The position numbers and the translations under genes are program-made. DNA of 64,000 bases from Glaucostegus cemiculus (lineage: Eukaryota): positions 16,182,001 to 16,246,000 of the forward strand of contig CDPCPM010000060.1 in the NCBI GenBank assembly GCA_976551045.1, read 5' to 3'. Under the pieces are notes generated by a model. It saw only the letters and a program-made list of their open reading frames with translations. It ran no database searches and had not been told where the DNA came from. Position 1 is the stretch's first letter. Every line of letters starts with the position of its first letter. Below are positions 51,691 to 64,000 of this stretch, in pieces.

Positions 51691-54451
51691 TGGTGAACCT
51701 TTGGAAGTCCCTACCCAAAAGGACTCACTCACTGAAGGTATTCAAGATAAATACTGATAGACTTTGGGATATTAAGGGAAAATGTTTGTAAAATGCTATT
51801 AAGATCAATGATCAGAAGAAAAAGAGAGATTAATTGTTGTTTAACTGGAGGCATTGGCTTCCCCTGGTCTGTGCTCAGGTGTTCCTGATGGGCTAGTAGG
51901 TGAAAGATTATCCTAAAGGTTTACATTATTTTGACAAGCACTAACTTATTCTGAGCAGTTTTATTTTAATCAATGTTCCTGTTTTCTTGGTACTCAGGAG
52001 GTAGAATCAATTTATTTTGGATGATTTTTGGATGACCTGGAGTCAATCCAGTAAAACAACATTCTCTCATCCATGAAACTTAAGTCTGAATTCAGCTGAA
52101 TTAGCATTGATTTTTTTGACAATGGTTAATATACATCAGCATTTAATTTTTTTCGACCTATCTACTAGCTTTTTCTCTCTTTGGACACCTAAATCTCTTG
52201 GTTCCTCCAGAATTCCTATCTTTTCACTATTGAGAATATGCTCTGATCTGTATTTCCTAGATTCAAAGTTGACTGAATTCCACAATTTTCCCCGCTCACT
52301 TTCTGTTTCCATCTACATTCTTTACCGTGACACATTACTTTGCCCAAATCATTTGCGAATGAACGAAAAAGCGAATGACCACACCTGTTTATAGTTGAAA
52401 TGCTCTGGTCTTAACCTCTGTATCCTACATCCTAACCACTGCTTACCCACATCAATAGGTTGCTGCAAATTCCATACACTCCTACTTCTGTTCATACCAC
52501 CGAAGTAGAATTGTACCAAATGCCTCTGCGTCTGTATAAATAATACCCACAGGTACTCCTTTATCTATACGGTTCACATAAGTTTACTGGACATGACTTT
52601 CCTTTAACAAGCCATGCAGCTTCTTTCTGTTAAACTCAAAGTTATCCAAATGCGCAGTCGCTCTGTCCCTTTATAAGTTTTCTAGGTACTACATGGTTGA
52701 TGTGGGAGAACTTGATACCATTATTCACAACTATGACTTTATGCTAAATTATTTTTCCTTTCTGTGACTTCACACATCCATTCTCCCTGCCCCCTCAGCT
52801 CGCCCCAGTGTAGCATCCTGCCTCTCAGTTAGGAAGACTGTGGGTTCATGCCCTGCACGGTCAGTGATGCTGTGTTTCAGAAGGCAAGTTAACAGTTGTC
52901 CCATCTAATACTTTGGTGGATACCAAAGATCCCAATGTTTAAAACTGCATCTTGGTTAACAGTTATCATGTGAACTAATAGCAGTGAAAATAGAATAAAT
53001 GATTTATTTCACTGTCATATTCACAAGAGGTGGGTGTGGCTGACAAGGCCAGCATTCGTTGCCATCCCTAACTGCCGGTGAACTGAATTTTTATTAGACT
53101 ATTTCTTAAGGCATTTAAGAACCAGCCAATTCCTGTGGGTCTGGAATCATGCACACAGCCAGATCATTTAAGAAAGCAGATTTCCTTCTTTAAAAGACAT
53201 TAAAATTTTGGTTTGTTTTTTATTAACAGAAATATGTGGTTACCATTACTGAAACTAACTTCTTTATTCCAGTTAGATTCAATTAATTAATTGAAGTTTA
53301 ATTCTCCAGACGTCAAACTGGGATTCAAACTCACATCTTCAGATTATTAGTCAATGCCTCCAGATTGCTAGCCTAGTAGTATAACCTCAGTGGGCCTGCA
53401 CCACCCTCTTCCATTCATTTGCTTTAATGAGAGGAAAATAGTATTTCAGCAGGAGCAGAGGCAATAAACATTAGCCTCTGCCAGCAAGCAATGTAGTTCA
53501 CTCAAATCAGTGTCCAGTATGTTTAGTTGGGAAATTGTCCATAGACTGGGATTGTTTATGGCTCTGCTTACTGTTGTAGGTTCGTTCTCTGATTGCCAGA
53601 ATTGACTACGCTTGCCTTGGCAAACAATAAATATTTATTCATCTTAAAAAACACTGAATGATTGTTCAAGAAAGAATCCATTTCCTCCAAGCATGAATTG
53701 ACAATTTTGTCCAAAAATTAATGACATTTTATGGCCTGCGAATCCTACAACTGTTTGCATAGAAGCATAGTAATAGTGAAGGAGGAATTTAACACTTGGA
53801 AGGTCGCTTTTCCTTTTTGTTAATTGAGGTGAAAATGTTGCCATCAATACAAAGGAACATCCCTGCCTCAACTTCATGCCTATCCTAGAACCAAGATTAA
53901 GAAATAGCTGAACGTACCCACAGAGGAAATTCAAATTTTCAGTATTTCATAAAATAATTCCTTTGTCCAGTTTCTAAAGGTAGTTTCTGTCTAATTACCT
54001 ATCAAGAACTGGAATAAATGCAATATCTTTTGCTATTTTCCTCCATTTGTATCCATCAGTTTCTTTTCTGGTTCTGTAAGTCCGGAGTTATTTCATACTT
54101 TTTTACGATAAGGTAGTAACTGCTCATGAATGTTGCTATATAAATGTGTCTTCCTTCATTTTTTTTCTCAATCTCTGGTCTTTAATTGCTCCCTTGATAT
54201 CTTTTGGTTTTGTGATGCAAAAGTATCAGAATCTTCCAAGGAATTCCTTCTCTATTCATTTAAAGTTCTTCCTCAGCAATTTGTCCTGCAGCTGCACGAC
54301 ATCACAAGCCTTTTTTAGTTGGGTGTACCGCATCGCATCAGCACTTCTGAAATATGGTAAAAAAAATTGAAATCCAGGAGCTTGGCAAGGATAAAATATA
54401 CACTGTTGCATAGGTCATCATGCAATTTGTGTTTAATTATTAACACAGATA

Positions 54452-55245
54452 CAGTAAAACTCAGAGAATGTGGTATCCGATTGTTTAGAAATCACGATTA
54501 TCTGGCTTTTCCAGTATTATTTTTAAACATGCTGGGACCCTGCTTTCTCTGGGCCTTCATTTAAACACATGTGCTTCCTTTAAAAGAACTGGGGCCTCAT
54601 TTCCAGCACTTCCTTGAAACTCACTGGAGCCCTATTCCCTTTGTTCCCTTTAAACATTCCAGGGCCCCATTTCCCATGCTGCTTTTTGGTTCACTGGACC
54701 CCATTTCTCACACTCTCTTTAAGTTCATCAGGGCCCTGTTCACTTTAAAACATCTTGGCCCCATTTGTGCTCCCTTTAAACATAGCAGGGCCTCATTTCC
54801 CATGCTCCCTTCAAGCTCACTGTTCCCTGTTTCCTATGCTCCCTTTAAACACATTGGGATCCTATTCCCCATGCTCCTTTTAAATGCATCATGGGCCGTG
54901 GGTCCAGCAGTCCCTTTATCTCACCAGGATGTTATTTCCCACTTTATCTTTAAGCATACCAAGGCCCCATTTCCTGTAGTCTCTTTAAACATCAGAGCCC
55001 CATTTCCAGTGCTCCCCTTAAAATCAATGGGGCCCTGTTTCTCCCCCCTCTCTTTAAACAGAGTAGGGACCATTTAAAACTCGCTGGGTTCATTGGAAAA
55101 TGTATTATATCACTGTGTAATATTTAGGAGAAATGAATTAAAAGTATGCTGGTGTATTAATAGGAATAACGGCCAACAGTTCAGAAAATCTGCTTATCTA
55201 GCACCACCAAAGTCCTGAGGGTGCCTGATTATCAGAGTTTTACTG
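54452..55245. mobile_element. Non-autonomous Tc1/mariner (Tigger/pogo-like) DNA transposon, TA TSD
   Basis: TA-CAGTAAAACTCAGAGAATGTGGTATCC ... GGGTGCCTGATTATCAGAGTTTTACTG-TA: ~27-bp imperfect TIRs. Confidence 0.8.
54520..55090. repeat. Degenerate minisatellite of ~30-35-bp units inside the MITE
   Basis: Recurring ggccccatttcccatgctccctttaaaca-like unit, roughly 15 copies. Confidence 0.8.
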
Positions 55246-56553
55246 TATATAATTCACCCAAACGTGGAGAGATATCAACACAGGAGAGTCTTCCTTGGTG
55301 ATGATCATCCTCGCTACCTAATTAATAGCCTGTGTATTGGGATATGTTTAAAATGGAATAAGATGTCATTTTGTGTATGGGCAGTACATGATGATATATT
55401 TATTAACCATTCAGTAACATCCCCAGTGAAGGGCTATCATGAAATAATATCCTCTGCTGGTATCATAGATAGGGGAAAATTTGCTGGCAATCGAATTTCC
55501 AAATTGGGTGTTTAAAATCTCATATATTATCTTTATTGGGCTGAAATTATATAGGTCAGTAGTGAACTCAAGAGTATGATTGTAGAGATCTGGTCTCCCT
55601 ATATAAGGAAGGATAAACTCACAATGGAGGAAGTGCAGCAAAGGTTTTCCACTGGTTTAGGGAGTCCCCGAACTTCAACTTAGCTACAACGAGGAATTGT
55701 ACGGCATCCCTAAGGCCTTTGAACATCTTAATTGGATAAAGCATGGTAGGATGCACAAAAATCTCAGTTGTCCAATCAGAAGGACAATGATTAATCAGAT
55801 TAAGTATTGTTAGATACCTACAGTCTAATTAATATTGCATTTAAACCATGGTGGTTTTCATTTCCTCGACAGGATATCTAAGTTTGCTTCTTCATCATAC
55901 TGAATAGGTTCACAGGATAATTATGCAATTTCGTTCCATAAGTGATTCCTTATATGATATTAAGGATAGTATGTTCAAGGTCATAAAGATGAAAAACTTT
56001 CATAAAAACTCTTGAATAAAATGACTTATGTTTTTATAATGGGCAAAGTTTTGCTAGCTGTTGGTAAAACACGAGACTATTTTAGGAGTAAGACCATGTG
56101 ACCCAGGATAGTTCATTCATTTAGGAAAATCTGCAGTCCCTCAATCACAGTACCCAACTACTTATCCATTTTTTTCTCCTGTACTAGGTTTGTAAATATT
56201 CATCTGATTTTCCTGACAGCAGTCCTAAATTTACCTTCCACCAGTTTGAATCTATAACCTCTTGTCCAATTGTCATGATTACTTTGAGGTTGTACACTAA
56301 ACTTACCTTTTCTTGCATGTACTATTTTGAGGTGTCTCTGAGTCATCTTTCAAAACTGAAGGGCCTGTTACACTCATATCTCAATCTCCTGACACTTAAG
56401 TTCAGTCTTGTGACTTTTCTGAGCACCATATCAAGTAATTGTGTATCTCACCCTGTATAAAGAAAATGTTTAGACATTTACCTCTGATTGACAGGACAAG
56501 ATGCACTACAGAGTAATATCAGCATGTTGTATTCTTCCTGCAAAATATGTTTC

Positions 56554-56977
56554 TGTCATGATTCTGAGTACTGGCCCTTGATTTGGTTCATTAGATGCCT
56601 CGTTGTACAGCACATGGATTCCATGCTGGACTGATTGCATAATGACACACACCTGAGCCCCATCAGGGGCCTAGCATAAGTACATGGGTTTCTCTAGCAC
56701 TAGTTGCCAGAGGATTGGTCAACTTTGAAGATTCAGTTTGGGTTTTTTTTTTAAAGCTGCTTAGAGTGGTCTACTCCAGACTCCAGAGCAGTCCTGTGTT
56801 CTCTAGTCCTGCTTGAAGATTCAGTTTGTGTTGGGATTACTACTCAGATCTCTGAGGCAAGATTTCCTACTAGTGTTGCCTGTGTTCAGTCCTGAGGAAG
56901 TATCCTGACTCCAGACTTGTACCAGTGTGCTGCATTTGGGTTCTCTGTGATCTTGCTCTTCAATCAACATTGTGACA
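56554..56977 (+). mobile_element. Solo LTR (424 bp) with 5-bp TSD GTTTC
   Basis: TGTCATG...GTGACA; gtttc on both flanks; inverted homolog of 17943-18351. Confidence 0.9.
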
Positions 56978-58681
56978 GTTTCATTGATTTTAATGGAATT
57001 TGGAACTATCATACAAGGACCTAAATCTGTCAATCAGATTAGCTTCCTGGGAGGGAGAATACAGGAGAAAAACATGTACACAATAGAGTTAAAACTCCAT
57101 AATATCTGGGTAAATTTGGGTTTCTTGAATCAAACTCTTCCATTTCAGTCAAATTGATAGGACATAAGTATAACTTCTTGATTCAGAATAGGTGTGGTCT
57201 TGCAAAATAGGTCCTTGCTCTTTTCCTGGGCTTCTCCATTAAAAGACAACAGACAATAGGAGTTCAGGGTAATTGTTGTACCCTGGGCCATTAGCAGGAA
57301 CACTTTAGGCACAAAATTCCCAACATGTTATTCAAAAATCTTAGTAAATTCTGCACATTGCACCACCCACCATGATGGCATGCTTGATTTTGGATTGTAT
57401 TTGACATTTCTGTGATATCAACACTCTGCAGGAGCTCAGCAAGGTTTGTACAAATGTTTTTCATGCAACTGATAATAATTGGGCCAGGCTTTCAGGAAAA
57501 TTGTACACTTATAGTTAATTACTCTGTTTGGCAGAATACTTTTCAAAACATTGCTCAAGTGAATGTGTCCTTGAGTAATCCTAAACAACAGTGTAATGAG
57601 CAACTTTATGTGTGCTTCCTTGGAATGGAAACAGCAAATTATTTCAAACTGGTAATATTTACTATGCACTAAATAAGCTGGTTAAGTAGTACCAAATACT
57701 TACTGAAGAACTAAATATTTTCTCTTTCTAATCTTGAAGTAACATCTTTATGCAGCATTAGCATTTCTTAACCACACACATCTGTTCAAAATTCCAGTGC
57801 AGCTGATACACATAAATGTTGTCTATCAGCCAGCCAGGTAGCACAGTGCATGAGTTCAGGATTTAGGGGTCTTAAGGAATGAGTGCATTATGTTTCTTTG
57901 TCAAGCATGAAAAAAAATGGATTATTTTTCTCTTTCATTGCATCTCCTGATTATGTCAGAGAAAAGAAACATATTTCCTTGAAGTGCCCAAATCTGATTT
58001 CACAGGAGCACCCTAGGCAATAAGAGTGACCTTTTTACCCCCTTGTGGAGGTTATAAGCAAAATTCATTTAATTTGTGGTAATTATGAATAAGTGGAAGT
58101 GTTAAGTGATTTGGGTTATAGCAGATAAATGGAATAAGGCCACAAATCAGCTATGGATCTCATTTGATGGAGGGGCAGGCTTGAGAGAGCCTAATGAACA
58201 ATGTTTCTGTACACAGCAAATTTATCAAGGGAGGCCTGGGTTAACCCTAAGCTGCAAATGCTGACACTCATGGATTTTGCTACATACCCTTCCTAAAATA
58301 TATACAGCTGCCATACTGCTGCAGAGAGACACCTGTGTTTTCCTCTGCTTGGCCTTATGTAAACCGTCCTATAACTACAATTGTGTGCAGATGTGAAATA
58401 ACATTTAACTGTGAAAGCTTTACTGCCCAGTAGAATTCTTCCCCAGCCCTGGACTATGGGAAGTATATTTTACCTATTAGGACATAAAGTAAAACAGGCT
58501 AGAAATTGAATCTTATTTTAGGTTTGGGATTCTTTCGACCCAGTCAGGGAAGTAGCAAGCAAGGGTGCACTTCCATTGAGTTTTCACCCCCACAGCTATT
58601 CTTTTGCCTTGACTGGAGATGGATTGGATGGATTTACTCTCCAGTAAATGAAAATCCAAAAATACATGGACAATTGAAGTA

Positions 58682-58820
58682 ACAACAGAAAGTGGTGAAA
58701 ACACTCAGCAGGTCAGGTGGCATCTGTGGAAAGAGACACAGGGTTAATGGTTCACATCAAAGAGTTAGTGTTTCCACACTGCTGCCTGACCTGCTGAATG
58801 TTTCCAGTATTTTCTGTTGC
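58682..58820. mobile_element. Foldback Penelope mini-element with central (ribozyme) part lost
   Basis: tcagcaggtcaggtggcatctgtggaaa is inverted to tttccacactgctgcctgacctgctga. Confidence 0.7.
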
Positions 58821-60371
58821 CACAGAGCTATCAGCAGTTTCCTTCAGCATCTGATAAATGGCAATAATGTATTTGCAACCTGGAAAGGGGTGAAAGAAAT
58901 ATAGATTTCTTTCTGGTGCATTTGTATCACGAGTATTATGATGTTAATCATTTGCACTGATTGTATCAGGCACTTTCTTACTGGAACATCATACCAGCCA
59001 TTATTGGCTTGCTTTCCCCTCTGCACCAGAATCTGTTAGGTGAGCAAAATGCTACAACAATAATCGAACTCAGGTATTTAGGAATCTACAACAAAGCAAA
59101 GGAGAAAGCAACTTGGAATCGGACACTTTGGCTAAGTTGGTCAGTGAGCTCTCCAGTGGAGCAGGAAGGTCCCAGTATCCTCATAAATTACAGCAACTGA
59201 AGTATTTCTACTACATAAATGACTCAGTCCCTGGCGATGGAGTTTGGTGACTTGGACTTCTATGCTACTTTTGTCCTTATAATTTGATAGCCAAGTGAAA
59301 TTTGTTTTATTTATTGAAATGTTTCTCTCTTCCTCTTTCTCAACTAAAATAATACAGGAATAGCATTTTGAAAAGTTCCTCCAGTGAGCTGTCATCCCAT
59401 CAATAAACATTTCTTTTGCCTTATTTTCTCCCTTCCAGGTGGTAGTGACTTTATCAAGTTATGGTTCCATAAGTGCTGTCTATAACCTGCTCTTCTGTGA
59501 AGGCTGAGCAAAGGTGTTATTATTACCCGACATTCATACACTTCCATTTTCCAGTAGGGATGACCAGAGAGTAATTAACAGTAGGAATGCTGACTGACTC
59601 TTACTAATGTTCCTCTGTGTCCCCTAGCTCCCCTAGCCTGTGAACTCCAGGAGAAACACAATGTAAAACTGATACAACTGATAGTAATTGTGGCATCCTG
59701 GTAACTTCAGTGACAATCGATATGCTCTCTTTTAGGCCAACATAATGGCATTGCAGAGGCCCTGAGTCTACTGCACTTAACCTTTGGTACTGAATTTCAG
59801 CAGATTGCAACAAGCATCTACTTGCACTTATTCTCAGACAGAGTAAAAGCTACAAATGTGAGTTACTGCCACAAGTTAATCACTTAACACACCAATGTTA
59901 TGAAGCTCAAGGTTAAATTAACATTTAAGACTCACAACAATTGATAGAGCCACTTAATCAACCAAAAGGAAAAGGCCACAGGCTGACTTCAATGGCCCTG
60001 CCTTGCCAGCAAGGCGTAAAGGGAGAAATAATGTGGATTGAAGGACTGGTGGTTTGCATGTGACTCCCTGTTCAAAGTGTGTTATCGGTGAATTTATCTC
60101 CCAAATTACTTGGGTATAAATATTCATTGATTCTGTTTTTATCGATGGATATGCTGCAAAGTAACCCAGTTTAGTGGAATGACTGCTCATACCCAACCAC
60201 CACAGACACTGGTCAACTGCCCTATTTACAGGGTGCCAGATTGACCCAGATATTTGGCTACAAATATGTAAATAAGTCAGCTAACACTTAATAGTGCTTT
60301 GCTGAAATGAGAGGAATAACGCTGTGTTCCTTACGGACACAAATGAAAGGCTCGTTATATTTTAGTGCCAG

Positions 60372-60628
60372 CACCAGTGCCTGCGACCCGGGTTCAATTC
60401 TGGCCACTGTCTGTAAGGAGTTTGTCCGTTCTCTCCGTGTGTCTGCGTGGGTTTCCTCCGGGTGCTCCAGTTTCTTCCCATGTTCCAAAGATGTACAGGT
60501 TAGGAGTTGTCAGCATGCTATGTTGGCGCCAAAAGAGTGGCGACACTGCACCCAGCACATTTTCAGTAATGCAAAAAGATGCCTTTCCCTTTGTGTTTCG
60601 ATGTACATGTGACTAATAAATAAATATC
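60372..60628 (+). mobile_element. tRNA-derived V-domain SINE, 5' truncated
   Basis: gcgacccgggttcaattc B box, V-domain, tail tgtttcgatgtacatgtgactaataaa. Confidence 0.88.
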
Positions 60629-60699
60629 TGTCTCTCTTTTAATAAAAGCTTCCTGTGTAGCCTGGCTACTTCTTCACCTATTTAGAGTTGTAGTGTTGT

Positions 60700-61075
60700 A
60701 CACTTAGAAACGTGCCCTTCAGCCCACCTGGTCTATGCCAACTATCACGCCAATCCATACTAATCCCATCTGCCTGCATTAATTCCCTCTATGCCTTGCT
60801 CATTCAAGTACCTGTCCAGATGTCTCTTAAATGTTGTTAATGTTCCTGCCTCCACCACCTTCTCTGACAGCTCACAACTACTCATTGTGTGAAAAACCTA
60901 CCTCTCAGATCTCCTGTAAGCCTCCTCCCTCTCACTTTAAACCTACACCTTCTGGATTTAGACACCCCTACCACAGGAAGCAGACTCTGGCTAACCACCC
61001 GATCTATGCCTCTTATAATGTTACCTCTCTCATTGTCATCTCTTAGCCTCCTTTGCCCCAGTAAAAACAGACCCA
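60700..61075 (-). mobile_element. CR1 LINE 3' fragment
   Basis: Reverse complement gcaaaggaggctaagagatgac...aggtttttcacacaatgagtag...ggcaggaacattaacaacatttaagagacatctggacagg. Confidence 0.7.
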
Positions 61076-61404
61076 GCTTATCTTATTTCTCCTGACAACT
61101 CATGCCCTTTTTGTTAACTACTGATATTTATTAGATATAATGCTTACCTTCTCCCCTCAATTGCTGCACACTTACCCCATTCCCCCTTCAAGGATTAACT
61201 CAATGGCCACAGCTGGTGGCTCAGGAGGCCTGACATTGATCTCTTCACTTGAGGGAGCTGCCTGTGGAGATGTGACTTGTACTCACAGTTCAGACAGAGT
61301 TAGCTGAGCAAGTTTTCTGAGTATTGAGGAGATAATTTTTGAAATAATTCCCAATAATTAATTCCATTATTTTACCACAGATTGAAGAAAGAATAGCAGA
61401 AGAT

Positions 61405-61680
61405 ATCTTAATCACATGTACACCGAAACACACAGTGAAATGCATTTTTTGCGTAGAATGTTCTGGGGGTAGCCTGTAAGTGTCGCCACACTCCCGGCAC
61501 TAACAGGGCATGTCCACAACTTCCTAACCCTATGCCTTTGGAATGTGGGAGGAAACCGGAGCACCCGGAGGAAACCCACGCAGACACAGGGAGAACGTAC
61601 AAACTCCTTACAGATAGTGGCCGGAATTGAACTCGGGTCGCTGGCACTGTAATAGCGTTGTGCTAACTGCTACACTACTG
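61405..61680 (-). mobile_element. tRNA-derived V-domain SINE
   Basis: cagtagtgtagcagttagcac A box, gagttcaattcc B box, V-domain, catttcactgtgtgtttcggtgtacatgtg tail. Confidence 0.88.
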
Positions 61681-61685
61681 AGATG

Positions 61686-61825
61686 AGACCCTTCATCAGT
61701 CCTGATGAAGGGTCTTGACCCAAAACATTGACTATCCATTTCCCTTCACAGATGCTGCCTGACCCACTGTGTTTCACCAGCTCCTTTGTGTGTTGCTTCA
61801 GATTCCGGCATCTGCAGTCTCTTGT
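61686..61825 (+). mobile_element. Penelope module with hammerhead motif and short inverted left arm
   Basis: AGACCCTTCATCAG-TC-CTGATGAAGGGTCT perfect 14-bp inverted repeat; AGTC-CTGATGA-AGGGTCTTGACCC-AAAAC-ATT-GACT. Confidence 0.8.
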
Positions 61826-63399
61826 CTGACACTTCACTTGTTATGCTTGTATAAGTGATGAGAGGCAAATTTCTCCATCCTCCAGCCTTGTGTTGAGTTT
61901 CCTGCCACTCTCTGAACTTAGACATCTTGTTCAGCCATTCCCTGTCCACACATGTGTGCCTCCTTCATCACATTTATTAAATTACCTTCTCAGTCTCTCT
62001 CAGCAATACCATCTATCTCCTTATTCTGACTACCATTTCCAACTCACTTACATGAAAATCAGTTTTGCCTGGGTTTGCTCACTTTGGGGAAGGCATGTTG
62101 CTCATATCTTCTATTATGAATATTTACAAGAAGCACTCATTTAGACATTTATCACTCTGTGTCTATCCTGTGTTTAGGTATATCTGTATCTTTTATGGGT
62201 CTTATTTATTTCTAAATCTGTTTTCTTTTGAATGAAGTATTTCTTACTGTTGTGCTCGTTGTATGTAGGAAACATTGATTCCAAGATTTCTTTCTACTCA
62301 CCTGCTAACTCTCTTAACATGTTTCAAACAAATTCCTTTGGACGTTACAATAAAACCCATATTTTTTCTGCTTGGAGAACTTTACTATTAATTCTTACAT
62401 TAATCGGTTTGGGGGTTATACCTTTTTAATCACATCAGATTTAACCAGCTCCAGTGATCTAAATATTAAAGTGTAGTACAGCTTCATAACAATCCTTGAC
62501 TTAACATTTGCTTTTTCATTCCCTAGAATTCAAGAAAAGTTATAGTAACTGTTGTCACAGTGAGCAGAATTATTAAAGTTCTTGGCAAGAAATCATACAT
62601 GGGCACTATCCCAAAGTTTATCTATACTTAGAAAAATGAAATGCTTAATACTTAAAATAAAAACCAAGAATGCTGGAAATACTCAGTAGGTCATGCACAT
62701 TTGTGGAGACAGAAAGAAAGGCATGCATTTTATTGTCATCAGATAATGCTTGCTGTGGCCACTTGGGGTCACATCATGTCTGAACTTGCCTGACCCAGAT
62801 GTGGAAGATTTATTGTGAAGGCCCAGTGATGTGGGCTTGAGCAGTGGGAAAGTCTTGAACAGGTCAATGGAAAAGACACAGTCCAAAAATCCTCTGCCAG
62901 CTTAGCAATCAGCAATATTAGTACTTAGCTTTGTCGGCTGTCAATGCTGACAGAGTTTTAAGTGTTTCTTAATGTCTCCCTAACCGTCAGAAACATTTGA
63001 CAATTATTAAACAAGAAATAAGAAGTTAAACAAAACCTTTAAAAATAAAAAAATAATGTTTAGTAAATGATTAAACATGTTTTTAAAATGTTAAAGAAGA
63101 AACTTAACTGATTTCCTTAATCACACAATCCTCACTGAAATCATTTGGGCCATGAATCCTTTACCAGGTTTACACTAGTGCACAATCAAAGAGCTGATTC
63201 TCCAGTATAAACTTGGAATTTCAACAGGGTGGAGGGCCATTATTGGACTCCTTGTTAAGCCCAGTGACAGTGGGTATTGAAATGTACAGTTACATTCATC
63301 AGTTAAAATCTGGGCTATTGTTAACATTTCAGGTCAATGAGGAAAGAAAGATAAACAGGTCTTAATGAGCAAAGGAAACAGAGAAAGTCAGAGAGAACA

Positions 63400-63590
63400 G
63401 AAAGGAAAATCTTTGATCAAATGGAAGGCAGGAGAGTTTAAATAACTCCGGTTTACTCTTTGATAGGTCTTTGAGAATGTGGGGAGAACAAAAAAAAAGT
63501 AGGATTAACGTAGGATTAATGTAAATGAGTAGTTGATGGCTGTCATAGACTAGGTGGGCCAAAGGGCTTGTTTCTGTGTTATATGTCTCT
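63400..63590 (+). mobile_element. Old SINE/CR1-type 3' tail
   Basis: gtaggattaatgtaaatg...ggtgggccaaagggcttgtttctgtgttatatgtctct. Confidence 0.5.
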
Positions 63591-63749
63591 GCGACTGTGA
63601 TTGTAACAGAAGCCCGATATTGTAAGGTGAAAGAATTTGACACTGAAAATAAAAGGCAGCGAAAAGCCATTCTAGAGTAGTTGTAAATGGGTTAAGCAAA
63701 TAATTCAATTAAATAATTCAAAAATTCCGAAAGGAATTCTAAAGTAAAA

Positions 63750-63900
63750 ATGCTTATCTGAAATTGATGGTCGAGTCTGAATTGTAACATGCCTAGCTGA
63801 AAGATGAGGTGTTGTTCGATGAGCTCATCGAACTGTGCCTCATGGGAACAGCATAGGAAGTCAAAGAAAGGGAGGAAGAGGCAAAGAATTAAAATGACAG
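63750..63900 (-). mobile_element. Decayed Penelope GIY-YIG C-terminal fragment
   Basis: Minus strand gaacaacacctcatctttcagctaggcatgttacaa = EQHLIFQLGMLQ, then aatttcagataa (NFR*). Confidence 0.5.
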
Positions 63901-64000
63901 GTGATTGGCAGAGAATTTACGCAGTCTGGATTCAGTCTTTCTGATTCTGAGGTAAACAGAAAATTCACAAAACTAAGTTGAAATAAATGTATGTAAATAG

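Noticed and set aside
54520-55090. CRISPR-like array or repeat protein
   Set aside because: Units are degenerate and contiguous with no unique spacers; eukaryotic context; lies inside a MITE.
59410-59520. Exon after polypyrimidine tract and CAG
   Set aside because: Frames I read stop early, no good donor, no recognisable peptide.
1-64000. Most short ORFs in the supplied track as host genes
   Set aside because: They are antisense or frame fragments of repeats, or random ORFs; no recognisable host protein or consistent exon chain.

Overview
Repeat-rich vertebrate genomic DNA. The repeat families (CR1, Rex-Babar, RTE, V-domain tRNA SINEs, Penelope tails) point to a cartilaginous fish, probably a ray; this is an inference. 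I found no host exon that I can support, so the window looks intergenic or intronic. The only long ORF (46275-50336, minus strand) belongs to a very young 6,010-bp Gmr1-type Gypsy LTR retrotransposon. It has 825-bp near-identical LTRs, a CTAG TSD, a tRNA-Pro PBS and SCAN-Gag-PR-IN-RT-RH order, but its integrase catalytic core is deleted in frame. The most unusual signal is about a dozen minimal type-I hammerhead ribozyme motifs (CTGANGA-stem II-GAAAC) in Penelope-derived 3' modules. Several are arranged as short head-to-head foldback units of 140-220 bp, and two of these have their own 14-15 bp TSDs, suggesting a non-coding, ribozyme-bearing mobile family. Also present: two solo LTRs of one family with 5-bp TSDs, a Tigger-like MITE enclosing a minisatellite, a templated inverted insertion inside a ribozyme core, a local 245-bp duplication, and several young and old LINE fragments.
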